Below are positions 9,014 to 18,603 of a stretch of 64,000 nucleotides of DNA, piece by piece. The stretch covers positions 145,283 to 209,282 of the IMG/VR virus record IMGVR_UViG_3300036944_001289; one strand, written 5' to 3'. The notes under the pieces are model-generated. The model searched no databases. It had not been told where the DNA came from and saw only the letters and a list, made by a program, of their open reading frames with translations. The position numbers and the translations under genes were made by a program. Every line of letters starts with the position of its first letter. Position 1 is the first letter of the stretch.

Positions 9014-10660
9014 ATGGAAACAATATATTGGTTAAACGAGGACTCTAGAACGTACTTGCAGCGGGGATATTTATTACCTGGAGAGACTGCAGAGAATCGT
9101 ATTAGAGATATTGCGGTTTTTGCAGAAGGTATATTACAAATACAAGGATTTGCGAATAAATTTGAAGACTATTTAAAGAAAGGTTTTTATAGCTTATCAA
9201 GCCCTATTTGGAGTAATTTTGGCAGAAAACGTGGCCTACCTATATCATGTTTTGGTTCGTACATAAACGATGACATCAATGATATTCTATTTAAAATAGG
9301 TGAGGTTGGATCAATGTCTAAATCTGGTGGAGGTACTTCCGGTTATTTCGGTAAAGTTAGATCAAGAGGTTCTAAGATCTCTTCTGGAGGTGAATCAACT
9401 GGTGTACATCATCAGTTGACTGTCTTCAACGCTATTACAAACTACATCTCACAAGGTAACGTGCGCAGAGGATCATTTGCTGCATATCTACCAATTGATC
9501 ATGGAGACTTTGATGAGTTTATAAATATAAGATCTGACGGTGATTCTATTCAGGATCTATCAATAGGTGTTTGTATCACAAATGAGTGGATGGAGGATAT
9601 GATTGCTGGCAACACCGAGAAACGTCAACGTTGGGGTAAGGTAATTAAGAAGAGATTCGAATCAGGTTACCCGTACATATTCTTTACAGATAATGCAAAT
9701 GATCAAGCTCCTAAGGTTTATAAAGATAAAGGGTTAAAAATAACTCATTCTAACTTATGCTCTGAAATTATGCTTGCAAATGGTATTGATGAATCATTTG
9801 TATGTGACCTATCATCTCTTAATCTTGAAAAATGGGATGAGTGGAAAGATACAGATGCTGTAGAAGTGCTTACATTCTTTCTGGATGCCGTAATGACTGA
9901 TTTTATTAATAAAACAGAAGGTGACCTATTTTTATCTCACGCACGTAAATTTGCTATCAATCAACGTGCACTAGGTATAGGTGTATTAGGTTGGCATACA
10001 TATTTGCAATCTAAAATGATTGCATTTGAGTCTGTTCAAGCGAAATCATTAAATGCACAAATCTGGAAAAATATAAGAACTAAAGCAGATAATGCATCGC
10101 AGAAATTGGCTGATTTATTTGGAGAACCAGAACTACTTAAAGGTTATGGACGTAGAAATACTACTACACTTGCTATCGCACCTACAACGTCGAGTTCTTT
10201 TATTTTAGGTCAAGTATCACCTTCTATAGAACCATTAAATTCAAATTACTTTGTAAAAGACTTAGCAAAAGGTAAATTTACGTTTAGGAATCCACAATTA
10301 GTAAAGCTATTAGAATCTAAAGATAAAAACAAAGAGGATATTTGGAGATCTATTCTCGTAAAAGGTGGTTCTGTACAGCATTTAGATTTCTTTACGGAAG
10401 ATGAAAAGAATGTATTTAAAACATTTGGAGAGATATCTCAAAAAGAAATTATAATACAAGCTGCTACACGCCAAAAGTACATCGACCAAGGTCAATCCCT
10501 TAATATAATGATACCACCCGATACCAAACCTAAAGATGTAAGTGAACTAACGATCTTTGCGTGGAGAGAAGGTATTAAAGCGCTTTATTATCAAAGAAGT
10601 GCTAACCCAGCTCAGGAGCTGGCGAGAAACATATTAAATTGTCAGTCCTGCCAATCATAA
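9014..10660 (+). CDS. nrdA: Ribonucleotide reductase class I alpha subunit (short, no ATP cone)
   Basis: PISCF, SNLCSE, APTTSSS, LYY, C-terminal CQSC. Confidence 0.95.
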   Translation: METIYWLNEDSRTYLQRGYLLPGETAENRIRDIAVFAEGILQIQGFANKFEDYLKKGFYSLSSPIWSNFGRKRGLPISCFGSYINDDINDILFKIGEVGSMSKSGGGTSGYFGKVRSRGSKISSGGESTGVHHQLTVFNAITNYISQGNVRRGSFAAYLPIDHGDFDEFINIRSDGDSIQDLSIGVCITNEWMEDMIAGNTEKRQRWGKVIKKRFESGYPYIFFTDNANDQAPKVYKDKGLKITHSNLCSEIMLANGIDESFVCDLSSLNLEKWDEWKDTDAVEVLTFFLDAVMTDFINKTEGDLFLSHARKFAINQRALGIGVLGWHTYLQSKMIAFESVQAKSLNAQIWKNIRTKADNASQKLADLFGEPELLKGYGRRNTTTLAIAPTTSSSFILGQVSPSIEPLNSNYFVKDLAKGKFTFRNPQLVKLLESKDKNKEDIWRSILVKGGSVQHLDFFTEDEKNVFKTFGEISQKEIIIQAATRQKYIDQGQSLNIMIPPDTKPKDVSELTIFAWREGIKALYYQRSANPAQELARNILNCQSCQS

Positions 10661-10667
10661 CAATAAT

Positions 10668-10702
10668 AAAAAAAAGATATCATTTAAATGATATCTTTTT
10701 TT
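10668..10702. terminator. Bidirectional intrinsic terminator
   Basis: A-tract, GATATCATTT/AAATGATATC hairpin, T-tract between convergent genes. Confidence 0.75.
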
Positions 10703-10703
10703 A

Positions 10704-11063
10704 TTATTTTTTAGAAATATTATCTTTGATATATTCTATATCTTTTTGTATCAAACCTATATCTCTTTCCATATTTATGATTTTATTATCATAAATTATC
10801 TTACCATCTTCGGTAATGATATTGCTCAATCTCTTTTCAATATTTTTTAGTACCGGTACTATGTCTCCCATCTGTCTCTCAAGATTATTAGTCTTAGATT
10901 CTACCACGACTATTCTATTTGTTAACTCTTTAAACTCGTTTTGTTTAACGTAGTTACTGTTTAACCAAACAACACATGTTGCTATAAAAAAAGTACCTAC
11001 AACTTTAACTATATTGATTGTAGTAAACAACTCTGATAATGTAGAGTTACTTGATGACGGCAT
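10704..11063 (-). CDS. Single-TM coiled-coil late protein (possible lysis accessory)
   Basis: N-terminal hydrophobic helix, coiled coil, TAAATA promoter. Confidence 0.5.
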   Translation of the reverse strand: MPSSSNSTLSELFTTINIVKVVGTFFIATCVVWLNSNYVKQNEFKELTNRIVVVESKTNNLERQMGDIVPVLKNIEKRLSNIITEDGKIIYDNKIINMERDIGLIQKDIEYIKDNISKK

Positions 11064-11081
11064 ATAATCTATTTATTAGTT

Positions 11082-13367
11082 TCACTTACGTTCGTTGTGT
11101 ATACCTTCAGATACTGATCGTTGTGACCCATCGTTTAATTCTTTAGCAGCAACTCTTACAGCATCATTAGTTGCGAGTAATGTGAGAGGTAAGTTTGCAA
11201 ATGCATGAGAATGCGGATAACATTCAATTATATTAGTACCCGTACTGGTATATTCCAATGTTGCAGGACTTCCGTTTATTTTAACATTTACTACTGTACC
11301 TGTAACAAATTTACCAAATAGTGTAACTTGTTCAGTCACCTGATATTCCTTAGGTGCTGTTATATGCTGTATGTAAGTTTCACCTTCTACGTGTAGACCT
11401 CCACCAATAATAACATTATTATTAACACCGAGACTTTCGTTTATTAGTACTTGTCTTTGATTTTTATTTCTTAATCTTAGGATTTCAGCAGATATGTTAA
11501 TTGTTTTTGCATCTATATTAATTTCATTAGATGATGCAATATTTACTTGCTCGCCTACTATATTAGTAACAGTGCCTGTTATGTTAGTTTGTCCAAGAGA
11601 TTTAATATTGATGCCGCCAGCACCTACTAAAACGTTCATTCTATTACATGCTGTTATCGTATAATTACCACCTGGTAAGTCTTGCACGTGTACCAACTCT
11701 ACTAATGGACTCTCTTTTTTGTTTACATATACACCAAAATCATCAACAAGTACTTCATTGCTTAACATTTTACCGATACCATCGTATCGTATACTACCGA
11801 AATCATTAAACGTTAAACCTATAGTTTCAATTTTATGCTTGGCAATTTGCGATATCTCACTACCACCAACACCAAGTTGTTTTTCTATTTCTGTTAGCTG
11901 TTGTATATTAAGTTCTATTAACTGGTTTAAAATATCTTTTTGATCTTCTACATCCCAATTACCACCTTGTGAAGATGTGCTCTTACCTACACCACCAGGT
12001 CCCCATTCAGTGTTAGATTCAGCAAGATATCTTGAAGTAGGTGGTAATGATCTATCAACAGTAGAACCTAAATTATTATTAATATTATAAGCACCGTCAG
12101 ATGATGCATTTGTTGTTGTGTTATATGTGTCAAATGATTGACTACCTGTAATAGTATCATACGTTACTGATCCATCTGTTACTGGATGTGCAGCAAAAGC
12201 ACCTGATCTTGTTTGCAGTAAACTATTACGTTTTAGTCTTATATTACCGTCTGCATCTAAAACGTTATTATTATCCGTACGCTTAATTTCAAATAGTTGC
12301 TTATTTTCATGTATTATAGCATAAGTTAGTTTCCACTGATCAAATAGTTCACTATTTAATAACCCGACTTTTTTATACTTATCACGCATTACTATTTCAT
12401 CTAAGCTCTTACCGGTATATACATTATTAAAACCTCTTACCGTTTCATACTGATCATTTAGTACTAGCTTTTGGCTATTCTTTGTAGCGAGCTCTATATT
12501 AGATTGATTATTAAATTCTTTAAACGACCCTGAAAAATGCGTAAACTTTAACTTCTCATTTAAGTCTGTATTAACAACCTCTATAGTACCACCTTTTTGA
12601 TTTATAACAAATTTATTTCTGTACGTATCTACATTATTATTATATTCGGTTTGTATCTTATTTTCGAAACTACCAGGGTAATCTATACCACCATTTTCAG
12701 AATTAAAAATTCCCTGCCAATCTATATTACCGTATGTTGTGGCAAAATAAATAGGTGCTGTAGGGTTACCATCTCTGAAAAATACCCATACATGTGAACC
12801 TACACTTGGTATAGCGAAAGAGCCTTTTGCTTTATTAGAATATGATGAAGGTAAATACTCGTAAGATAAAGGATTAGGTCTATTAATATTATTTGAAGCA
12901 GAATCAAACGCGTCTTGAAGTCTATATGTTTGATCTTCGTAGAAAGCAGCAGGTTTCCCAGGTATATCTTTTGAGTCAATATCTGGCGATAGCTGATCTG
13001 CAAAATTAGAGTCCGAAGTAGTACCTACTTGCCTTGTATTATTATACCTACCACTAGTGTTCTCACCTACTAATGGGCATGCACATTCTGCCCAAGGTAA
13101 TATACGTTTTAATTCTTCAGCAACGTTTATGATTGTAGAACTAGTCGAAGATTCACCACCTGTCTCTGTTTGTTGCTTTAATATCTGTGTTAGTACAGAT
13201 TGTATATTATCACCTAAAAACTTAAATGATTTATTAGTTTTCTGTTGTATCCATCTTTCGTACACAGTAGGTGAAATATAAGGTATGAATACCTTAACTT
13301 TACCTGATTTGTCTGGATCGTTATTTTGTATAACTATACCTACATGATTGCCGTAATATTTTTTCAT
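11082..13367 (-). CDS. Baseplate hub/puncturing protein (T4 gp5/VgrG-like)
   Basis: GIV..NNDP...G.VKV.IP OB-fold, LPWA, P.VGSHVWVFF.DG...PIY, beta-helix region, C-terminal HSH. Confidence 0.8.
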   Translation of the reverse strand: MKKYYGNHVGIVIQNNDPDKSGKVKVFIPYISPTVYERWIQQKTNKSFKFLGDNIQSVLTQILKQQTETGGESSTSSTIINVAEELKRILPWAECACPLVGENTSGRYNNTRQVGTTSDSNFADQLSPDIDSKDIPGKPAAFYEDQTYRLQDAFDSASNNINRPNPLSYEYLPSSYSNKAKGSFAIPSVGSHVWVFFRDGNPTAPIYFATTYGNIDWQGIFNSENGGIDYPGSFENKIQTEYNNNVDTYRNKFVINQKGGTIEVVNTDLNEKLKFTHFSGSFKEFNNQSNIELATKNSQKLVLNDQYETVRGFNNVYTGKSLDEIVMRDKYKKVGLLNSELFDQWKLTYAIIHENKQLFEIKRTDNNNVLDADGNIRLKRNSLLQTRSGAFAAHPVTDGSVTYDTITGSQSFDTYNTTTNASSDGAYNINNNLGSTVDRSLPPTSRYLAESNTEWGPGGVGKSTSSQGGNWDVEDQKDILNQLIELNIQQLTEIEKQLGVGGSEISQIAKHKIETIGLTFNDFGSIRYDGIGKMLSNEVLVDDFGVYVNKKESPLVELVHVQDLPGGNYTITACNRMNVLVGAGGINIKSLGQTNITGTVTNIVGEQVNIASSNEINIDAKTINISAEILRLRNKNQRQVLINESLGVNNNVIIGGGLHVEGETYIQHITAPKEYQVTEQVTLFGKFVTGTVVNVKINGSPATLEYTSTGTNIIECYPHSHAFANLPLTLLATNDAVRVAAKELNDGSQRSVSEGIHNERK

Positions 13368-14446
13368 ACCAATGAACCTTTAATTGTTTTAATTACTAAT
13401 TTTTTTGGAGGTGTTTTAGCTTCACCTTCTTGTATTAAAGTAAGTCTTTCTCGTAGTGTTTTATTAATATTCTGTATATATGTTTCTGATGACATCGTAC
13501 CGTTAGTTTTTTGAACTGCAAATTTAACTATCATACACTGTTTATTGTTTACATCGAGATTAAATTTTGTATTATCTAGATCTAATTCATTCTGAGTATA
13601 TAATTTATCTAAACCGTTAACGTTTTCAACTAACGTGCTATACGTTCTCTTTATGATATTACCTGCAGTAATCTTATCGTCATCAATATATGGTTTAGCA
13701 TTAGTAAATAAGAAAACCAAACCTGCTTGTATGTCCTTAAGCAACAGAGTACTTTCGTTATAAAGATTATCTGTATCTTTTTCAAATTTTTCGTCTTGAG
13801 GTGCTGATACAGTTTGCAAAGCGCTTAGAGATGTTGTTTGTGTATTTACTATTTGTTTATTACTTTGTGAATCAGAAGCTTTTGTTGTACCTTTACTTAT
13901 AGTATCGCTTGTTATCTCTTGCGTTTTCTTATCTTTATATTCAGTATTTTCTGATACTTTTTTAATTTCACTGTTTGTTAAATTTTTAGTACTAGAAACG
14001 CTAGTAGACATAACTGAAGATTTTATAGCTGTAGTTTCTTGAGTCGATTGTAACGCTTCTGCAGTTGTTTCATCTTCGCAATCAAAAGCTGATTTCATAT
14101 TTTGATACTGTTTGGATATCTCATTTTTTGCAGATATAATACCATTTGCAATGCTTGTTTTGATTCCCTTTAAATCTTCAGGTATACCTGCTTTTAAATC
14201 AGTACCTAATCCCGATACTAAACCACCTAGATTAGAGAGTTTACCTGTAGCATCATTTGCAAAATTACCTATTTGGTTTCCTACCTGCCTTGTAAGATCT
14301 CCAGCCATGTCACCAAAACCTTCAGCAATTTTTTTTGCCTTTAATTTTGGTGATAAGCCTTCTAAGCTACTTGGTGTTAATTTCTTAAACTGTTCGTTTA
14401 TGTTAGATAAGCCTGGTAAGTTGGATAACTTATTTTTACATGACAT
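13364..14446 (-). CDS. Hypothetical protein, probably baseplate-associated
   Basis: Coupled to gp5-like gene. Confidence 0.55.
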   Translation of the reverse strand: MSCKNKLSNLPGLSNINEQFKKLTPSSLEGLSPKLKAKKIAEGFGDMAGDLTRQVGNQIGNFANDATGKLSNLGGLVSGLGTDLKAGIPEDLKGIKTSIANGIISAKNEISKQYQNMKSAFDCEDETTAEALQSTQETTAIKSSVMSTSVSSTKNLTNSEIKKVSENTEYKDKKTQEITSDTISKGTTKASDSQSNKQIVNTQTTSLSALQTVSAPQDEKFEKDTDNLYNESTLLLKDIQAGLVFLFTNAKPYIDDDKITAGNIIKRTYSTLVENVNGLDKLYTQNELDLDNTKFNLDVNNKQCMIVKFAVQKTNGTMSSETYIQNINKTLRERLTLIQEGEAKTPPKKLVIKTIKGSLV

Positions 14447-14499
14447 ATCAATATTTAAAGAAAATATTGATTTTTCAAATTTACATATATAATGAAACT

Positions 14500-15303
14500 A
14501 TGAATCATAAGATTTTAATTTCACATGAATCACCTATATCAATACTGACCGACTCCCTTCAGTTTAACGATTATGATTACTGTCTAGTACATCTTTTAGA
14601 ACAGAAACCTGAATATGCTGAGTTTTTTAAAAGGAGTAAAGCACTCAATCGTGAAATCCTACTAGATAATAGTATATTTGAATTAGGTACATCGTTCGAA
14701 CCTTCTAAATTTGCTAAGTATGTAGAATCACTACAACCTAATTGGTATATAGTACCAGATGTTTTAGAAGATGGTTATGCTACGATAGAATCGTTCAATA
14801 AGTTTACGTCTACATACAAAGATCTACCTGGATTAAAAATAGGTGCAGTACAAGGTAAATGTTATGATGAATTAGTTGACTGTTATAAGTATATGTCGCA
14901 AAATGCTGACTATATTGCTATAAGTTTTGATTTTAGCTACTATATCGGTACAGGTATTGGTTTATCAAAATTAGATAGATGGTGTGATGGTAGAAAGCGA
15001 TTTATTAAATCTTTGATAAATGATGGTGTATGGGATTGGAATAAACCACACCATTTACTAGGTTGTTCTTTAGCAAAAGAGTTTAGCTATTACGTGAATA
15101 ATAACATCTATAATATTAGATCGATTGATACATCAAACCCTGTTGTAGCTGGTATCAAAGGCATGAGATATAATGGAGATTTAGGGTTAAATGATAAACC
15201 TTCGATTAAACTTGCTGACTTAATTGACCACGAAGTAACAACTGATGAATTGGAAATTATTAATTATAATACACGTCAATTTAAAAACATATTAAAAAGA
15301 TGA
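14500..15303 (+). CDS. TGT-fold transglycosylase (DpdA-like, 7-deazaguanine insertion)
   Basis: LLDNS, IVPDV, AVQG, HHLLG, SIDTS motifs; next to queF; start moved to ATG 14500 after TATAAT. Confidence 0.7.
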   Translation: MNHKILISHESPISILTDSLQFNDYDYCLVHLLEQKPEYAEFFKRSKALNREILLDNSIFELGTSFEPSKFAKYVESLQPNWYIVPDVLEDGYATIESFNKFTSTYKDLPGLKIGAVQGKCYDELVDCYKYMSQNADYIAISFDFSYYIGTGIGLSKLDRWCDGRKRFIKSLINDGVWDWNKPHHLLGCSLAKEFSYYVNNNIYNIRSIDTSNPVVAGIKGMRYNGDLGLNDKPSIKLADLIDHEVTTDELEIINYNTRQFKNILKR

Positions 15304-15869
15304 TAATAACATTTACAGGTACACAATCAGTAGGTAAAAGTACTTTGCTTTCAGCTCTTCAAAAAGATGAAAGATATAAAGACTGGATGTTTGAACCGGA
15401 AATAACGCGTAGTCTAAAAGAGAAGTTTGGACTGAATATAAATGAATCAGGTGATTCAATAACGCAGTTATTCGTTCTAAATTCGCATTTAGAAAATGTA
15501 GTAAAACATAAGAACAATAATGTTATTTTAGATAGATGTATAGTTGATGGGCTTGTATATACAACATATCAGTATATGACAGGTAAGATTCATACAGATG
15601 TATTTTTGCATGCAAAGTATATGTTCGATCTTATTATAGATAAATATGATATAATATTTCATATTGAGCCTGAATTTCCTGTTGTTGATGATGGTGTAAG
15701 AAGTATAGATGAAAAGTTTAGAACAACTATAGCTTCATTGATAAACGAAGCCTTACAATCTAATAGTGTAGTTAGAACTAAGATAGTAAAGTTAACAGGT
15801 ACTGTAGAAGAAAGATTGAAACAAATAGATATAGCTATTGAAAACTTAAAAGCACAAAATATAATATAA
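15300..15869 (+). CDS. P-loop nucleotide kinase (AAA_28/NadR/dNMP-kinase-like)
   Basis: GTQSVGKST, LDR..D, DDGVR. Confidence 0.75.
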   Translation: MIITFTGTQSVGKSTLLSALQKDERYKDWMFEPEITRSLKEKFGLNINESGDSITQLFVLNSHLENVVKHKNNNVILDRCIVDGLVYTTYQYMTGKIHTDVFLHAKYMFDLIIDKYDIIFHIEPEFPVVDDGVRSIDEKFRTTIASLINEALQSNSVVRTKIVKLTGTVEERLKQIDIAIENLKAQNII

Positions 15870-15871
15870 AC

Positions 15872-16792
15872 ATGGCACTTAAAAAACTCGACAATAAAAA
15901 CATAAGCAAGCACCTTGGTAAGGTATCACAATACAAATCAACATATGATGCTTCTCTCTTGGTAAGAGAGCCAAGATCATCTAATAGAGTACATCTTAAT
16001 ATTAAAGATGATAACTTACCCTTTGTAGGTTATGATACTTGGAATGCATATGAAGTTAGTGCATTAACAGATAGTGGTTTACCTGTTGCAGGTGTAGCTA
16101 AAATTGTTTACCCTGCTTCAAGCAAATATATCGTAGAATCAAAGTCTATTAAACTTTACTTTAATTCTTTTAATATGACTAAACTAGGGTTTCATAGCGA
16201 TGCAGTTCTTGATAAAATAGCAATTACTGCTTCAGAAGATCTCTCAAAACTACTCGAAACAGATGTACAAGTTTACGTACATTCGAATGCTGAAGTACTA
16301 CGTCAACAAAGCACTGCATATACCGAATGGAATCACAAAAAATACTCAACAATAGAGGATGAGTATAATGTTAATGATGTAACCTTTGAAATCTATAAGG
16401 AAACACCAGAACTACTACAAGTAGTAGATAGTGTTAACGATACAGTTCACTATCATAGTGCTCTACTTAAGAGTAATTGTAGAGTAACATCACAACCAGA
16501 CTGGGGTGATGTATATATAACCATCACAAAAAAAGATAAAACTATTGACCCTATCTCTTTACTAAAGTATATAATATCATTTAGAGATGAGTGCCACTTT
16601 CATGAAGAGATATGTGAGACAATTTATAAACGCATATATGATAAGCTAACACCTGATGAACTTACGGTAAGATGTTTGTATGCACGTAGGGGTGGTATTG
16701 ATATAAACCCTGAGCGTGCAAATAAAGAGGTATTATTAAGTACTAATCTACAACTTAATTGTATACCACATATTAAAACACCTAAGCAATAA
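15872..16792 (+). CDS. queF: NADPH-dependent preQ0 reductase, bimodular
   Basis: WNAYEVS, ESKSIKLYFNSF QueF motif, C..T.QPDW, FHE, YARRGGIDINP. Confidence 0.92.
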   Translation: MALKKLDNKNISKHLGKVSQYKSTYDASLLVREPRSSNRVHLNIKDDNLPFVGYDTWNAYEVSALTDSGLPVAGVAKIVYPASSKYIVESKSIKLYFNSFNMTKLGFHSDAVLDKIAITASEDLSKLLETDVQVYVHSNAEVLRQQSTAYTEWNHKKYSTIEDEYNVNDVTFEIYKETPELLQVVDSVNDTVHYHSALLKSNCRVTSQPDWGDVYITITKKDKTIDPISLLKYIISFRDECHFHEEICETIYKRIYDKLTPDELTVRCLYARRGGIDINPERANKEVLLSTNLQLNCIPHIKTPKQ

Positions 16793-16819
16793 TAACTAAA
16801 TCAGTTAATAAATAATATT

Positions 16820-17407
16820 ATGGCAGATACAAAATTAACAGAGTTAGACGCACTTTCATCAGTGCAAAGTACCGACTTACTGTACGTTGTTAGTCTACAA
16901 ACTTTACCTTCAGGTGAATCCAAGAAAATCACTGTCAATGATTTTCTTGGCAATCTTAGTGATTCTATAGAGACGAGTAGCACGATTACAGCAGCTTCTA
17001 TATTAGCTAATACGGTAGCTGGTACTAACGTAAATGCAGTAGCATTTACGAGTAATACAATAAATACGTCTTACATAAATGCAACTTCTGGTAATTTTGA
17101 TAGTATTACCTCAGGCTTCTTTCCATTAACGGCAGTTACATCTATAACTGCTGATAATACATATGATAACAGTAGAGTATATAATTTAAATACAAATTCT
17201 ACTAATTTAAGTGTTATACTACCATCAGAACTTTCTAACGGTTTTAATATGGGTATAACAAATATAGGTACAGGTACTATATACATATCATCAACACAAG
17301 TGCCAATGATTTGTGCATTCTCCAATAGATGCTCCACACAATTCGGTAGCTTATTTATATATAAATCAAATAATATTCTTTTTGGTATAGGTGGCTTCGA
17401 TCTATGA
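16820..17407 (+). CDS. Virion structural/fibre-like protein
   Basis: MADTKLTEL...DLLYVV...SKKIT fibre N-terminal motif; late promoter. Confidence 0.55.
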   Translation: MADTKLTELDALSSVQSTDLLYVVSLQTLPSGESKKITVNDFLGNLSDSIETSSTITAASILANTVAGTNVNAVAFTSNTINTSYINATSGNFDSITSGFFPLTAVTSITADNTYDNSRVYNLNTNSTNLSVILPSELSNGFNMGITNIGTGTIYISSTQVPMICAFSNRCSTQFGSLFIYKSNNILFGIGGFDL

Positions 17408-18207
17408 TACTTAAAGATTTCATGATATTATGTTGCGCACAAACGTATGATTATGATGCGCTAAAATATATAAAAAGTGTTGAACAAGCAGATGGTCAAC
17501 CACTGGAAACTATTGTAAAAGATGCAATACGAACTTTTATCTTTAATTGTAAACGCGATAACACTTGGCAATACATTAACAATTCATGTTTATTGTGTGG
17601 CCCACACACTATTCAAGGTGCTTTAGTACCACTAAAAGGTGCTGCACCTATAAGTTATAATTTTACCTCATCTAATTATGATAGAAAAACTGGATTAGAA
17701 TCACCATCAACTTCTGTAAATGCTTATATCGATACAGGATTCGATTCAAAAAGCGTTGGATTAGATGATATACATATAGCAACATATGCTTCATCAATAC
17801 CTTTCGGATCTTTTGGTAATATAATGGGAGATATTACAGATTCAAATTCTAGAATGACATTATTTAGATCTACATTAGGTTTAGGTAGTTATTGCAGAGC
17901 TACCAACCCTGATGGATATTTTTCTACTGGTTTTGATTACACTAATAATCTGCTGGGTATTACAAGAGCATCATCCACTACATTTAATATGAGAGCTACA
18001 AGCACCAATAATTCTTTTACGCGTGGATCGAGAGCAACAACTACAGCAAGTAATATTTACGTATATACAAGAAATCTAGGCGGTGCTTCTAATACACCTA
18101 TAGGTATGACAAGACTACAATTTTATTCATGCGGTAGAAACGTAGATCTTCAAAAGATTGAAAATAGAATATCTCAATACGTATCAGCAGTTTCGTTATT
18201 ACCATGA
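17404..18207 (+). CDS. Putative tail-fibre/receptor-binding domain protein
   Basis: DA..YI..VE.ADG..LE, YIDTGF beta-rich domain common in phage fibres. Confidence 0.5.
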   Translation: MILKDFMILCCAQTYDYDALKYIKSVEQADGQPLETIVKDAIRTFIFNCKRDNTWQYINNSCLLCGPHTIQGALVPLKGAAPISYNFTSSNYDRKTGLESPSTSVNAYIDTGFDSKSVGLDDIHIATYASSIPFGSFGNIMGDITDSNSRMTLFRSTLGLGSYCRATNPDGYFSTGFDYTNNLLGITRASSTTFNMRATSTNNSFTRGSRATTTASNIYVYTRNLGGASNTPIGMTRLQFYSCGRNVDLQKIENRISQYVSAVSLLP

Positions 18208-18458
18208 CAACATATATCGACATAATGACAGCTACAGATTTAGAAAACTTTCGTTTTTTAATTTCTGATGAGTTAGGAAACGAAATTAATTTAGCACAAC
18301 AAGGAAGTAATATGAAGATTTCTCTCCATGAAATATCACCAGGTATACAATCTTTTACTTGTTATATTGTAAATGAAATAACAGAAACAGGTATATATAA
18401 TCATTTATATAGCGTACTAAAAAATAAACTTTCAAGTATAGAAGTAGAACCTGTATAA
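18204..18458 (+). CDS. Hypothetical protein
   Basis: ATGA-coupled ORF before terminator. Confidence 0.5.
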   Translation: MTTYIDIMTATDLENFRFLISDELGNEINLAQQGSNMKISLHEISPGIQSFTCYIVNEITETGIYNHLYSVLKNKLSSIEVEPV

Positions 18459-18481
18459 CTATTAAATCTAACCATTAGTTT

Positions 18482-18514
18482 AAAAAAGCAGCTTTTTATA
18501 GCTGCTTTTTTTTT
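18482..18514 (+). terminator. Intrinsic terminator
   Basis: AGCAGC/GCTGCT hairpin plus T-tract. Confidence 0.75.
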
Positions 18515-18539
18515 ATGTCTGTATTACAAATATAGACAT

Positions 18540-18568
18540 AAAAAAGAGCTGCTCTTTCGAGCAGCTCT
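18540..18568 (-). terminator. Intrinsic terminator of capsid gene
   Basis: AGAGCTGCTC-GAAA-GAGCAGCTCT plus T-tract on minus strand. Confidence 0.8.
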
Positions 18569-18603
18569 GAAGTTGTTTATGATTCGTTGTACTAGCGTTA
18601 AGC

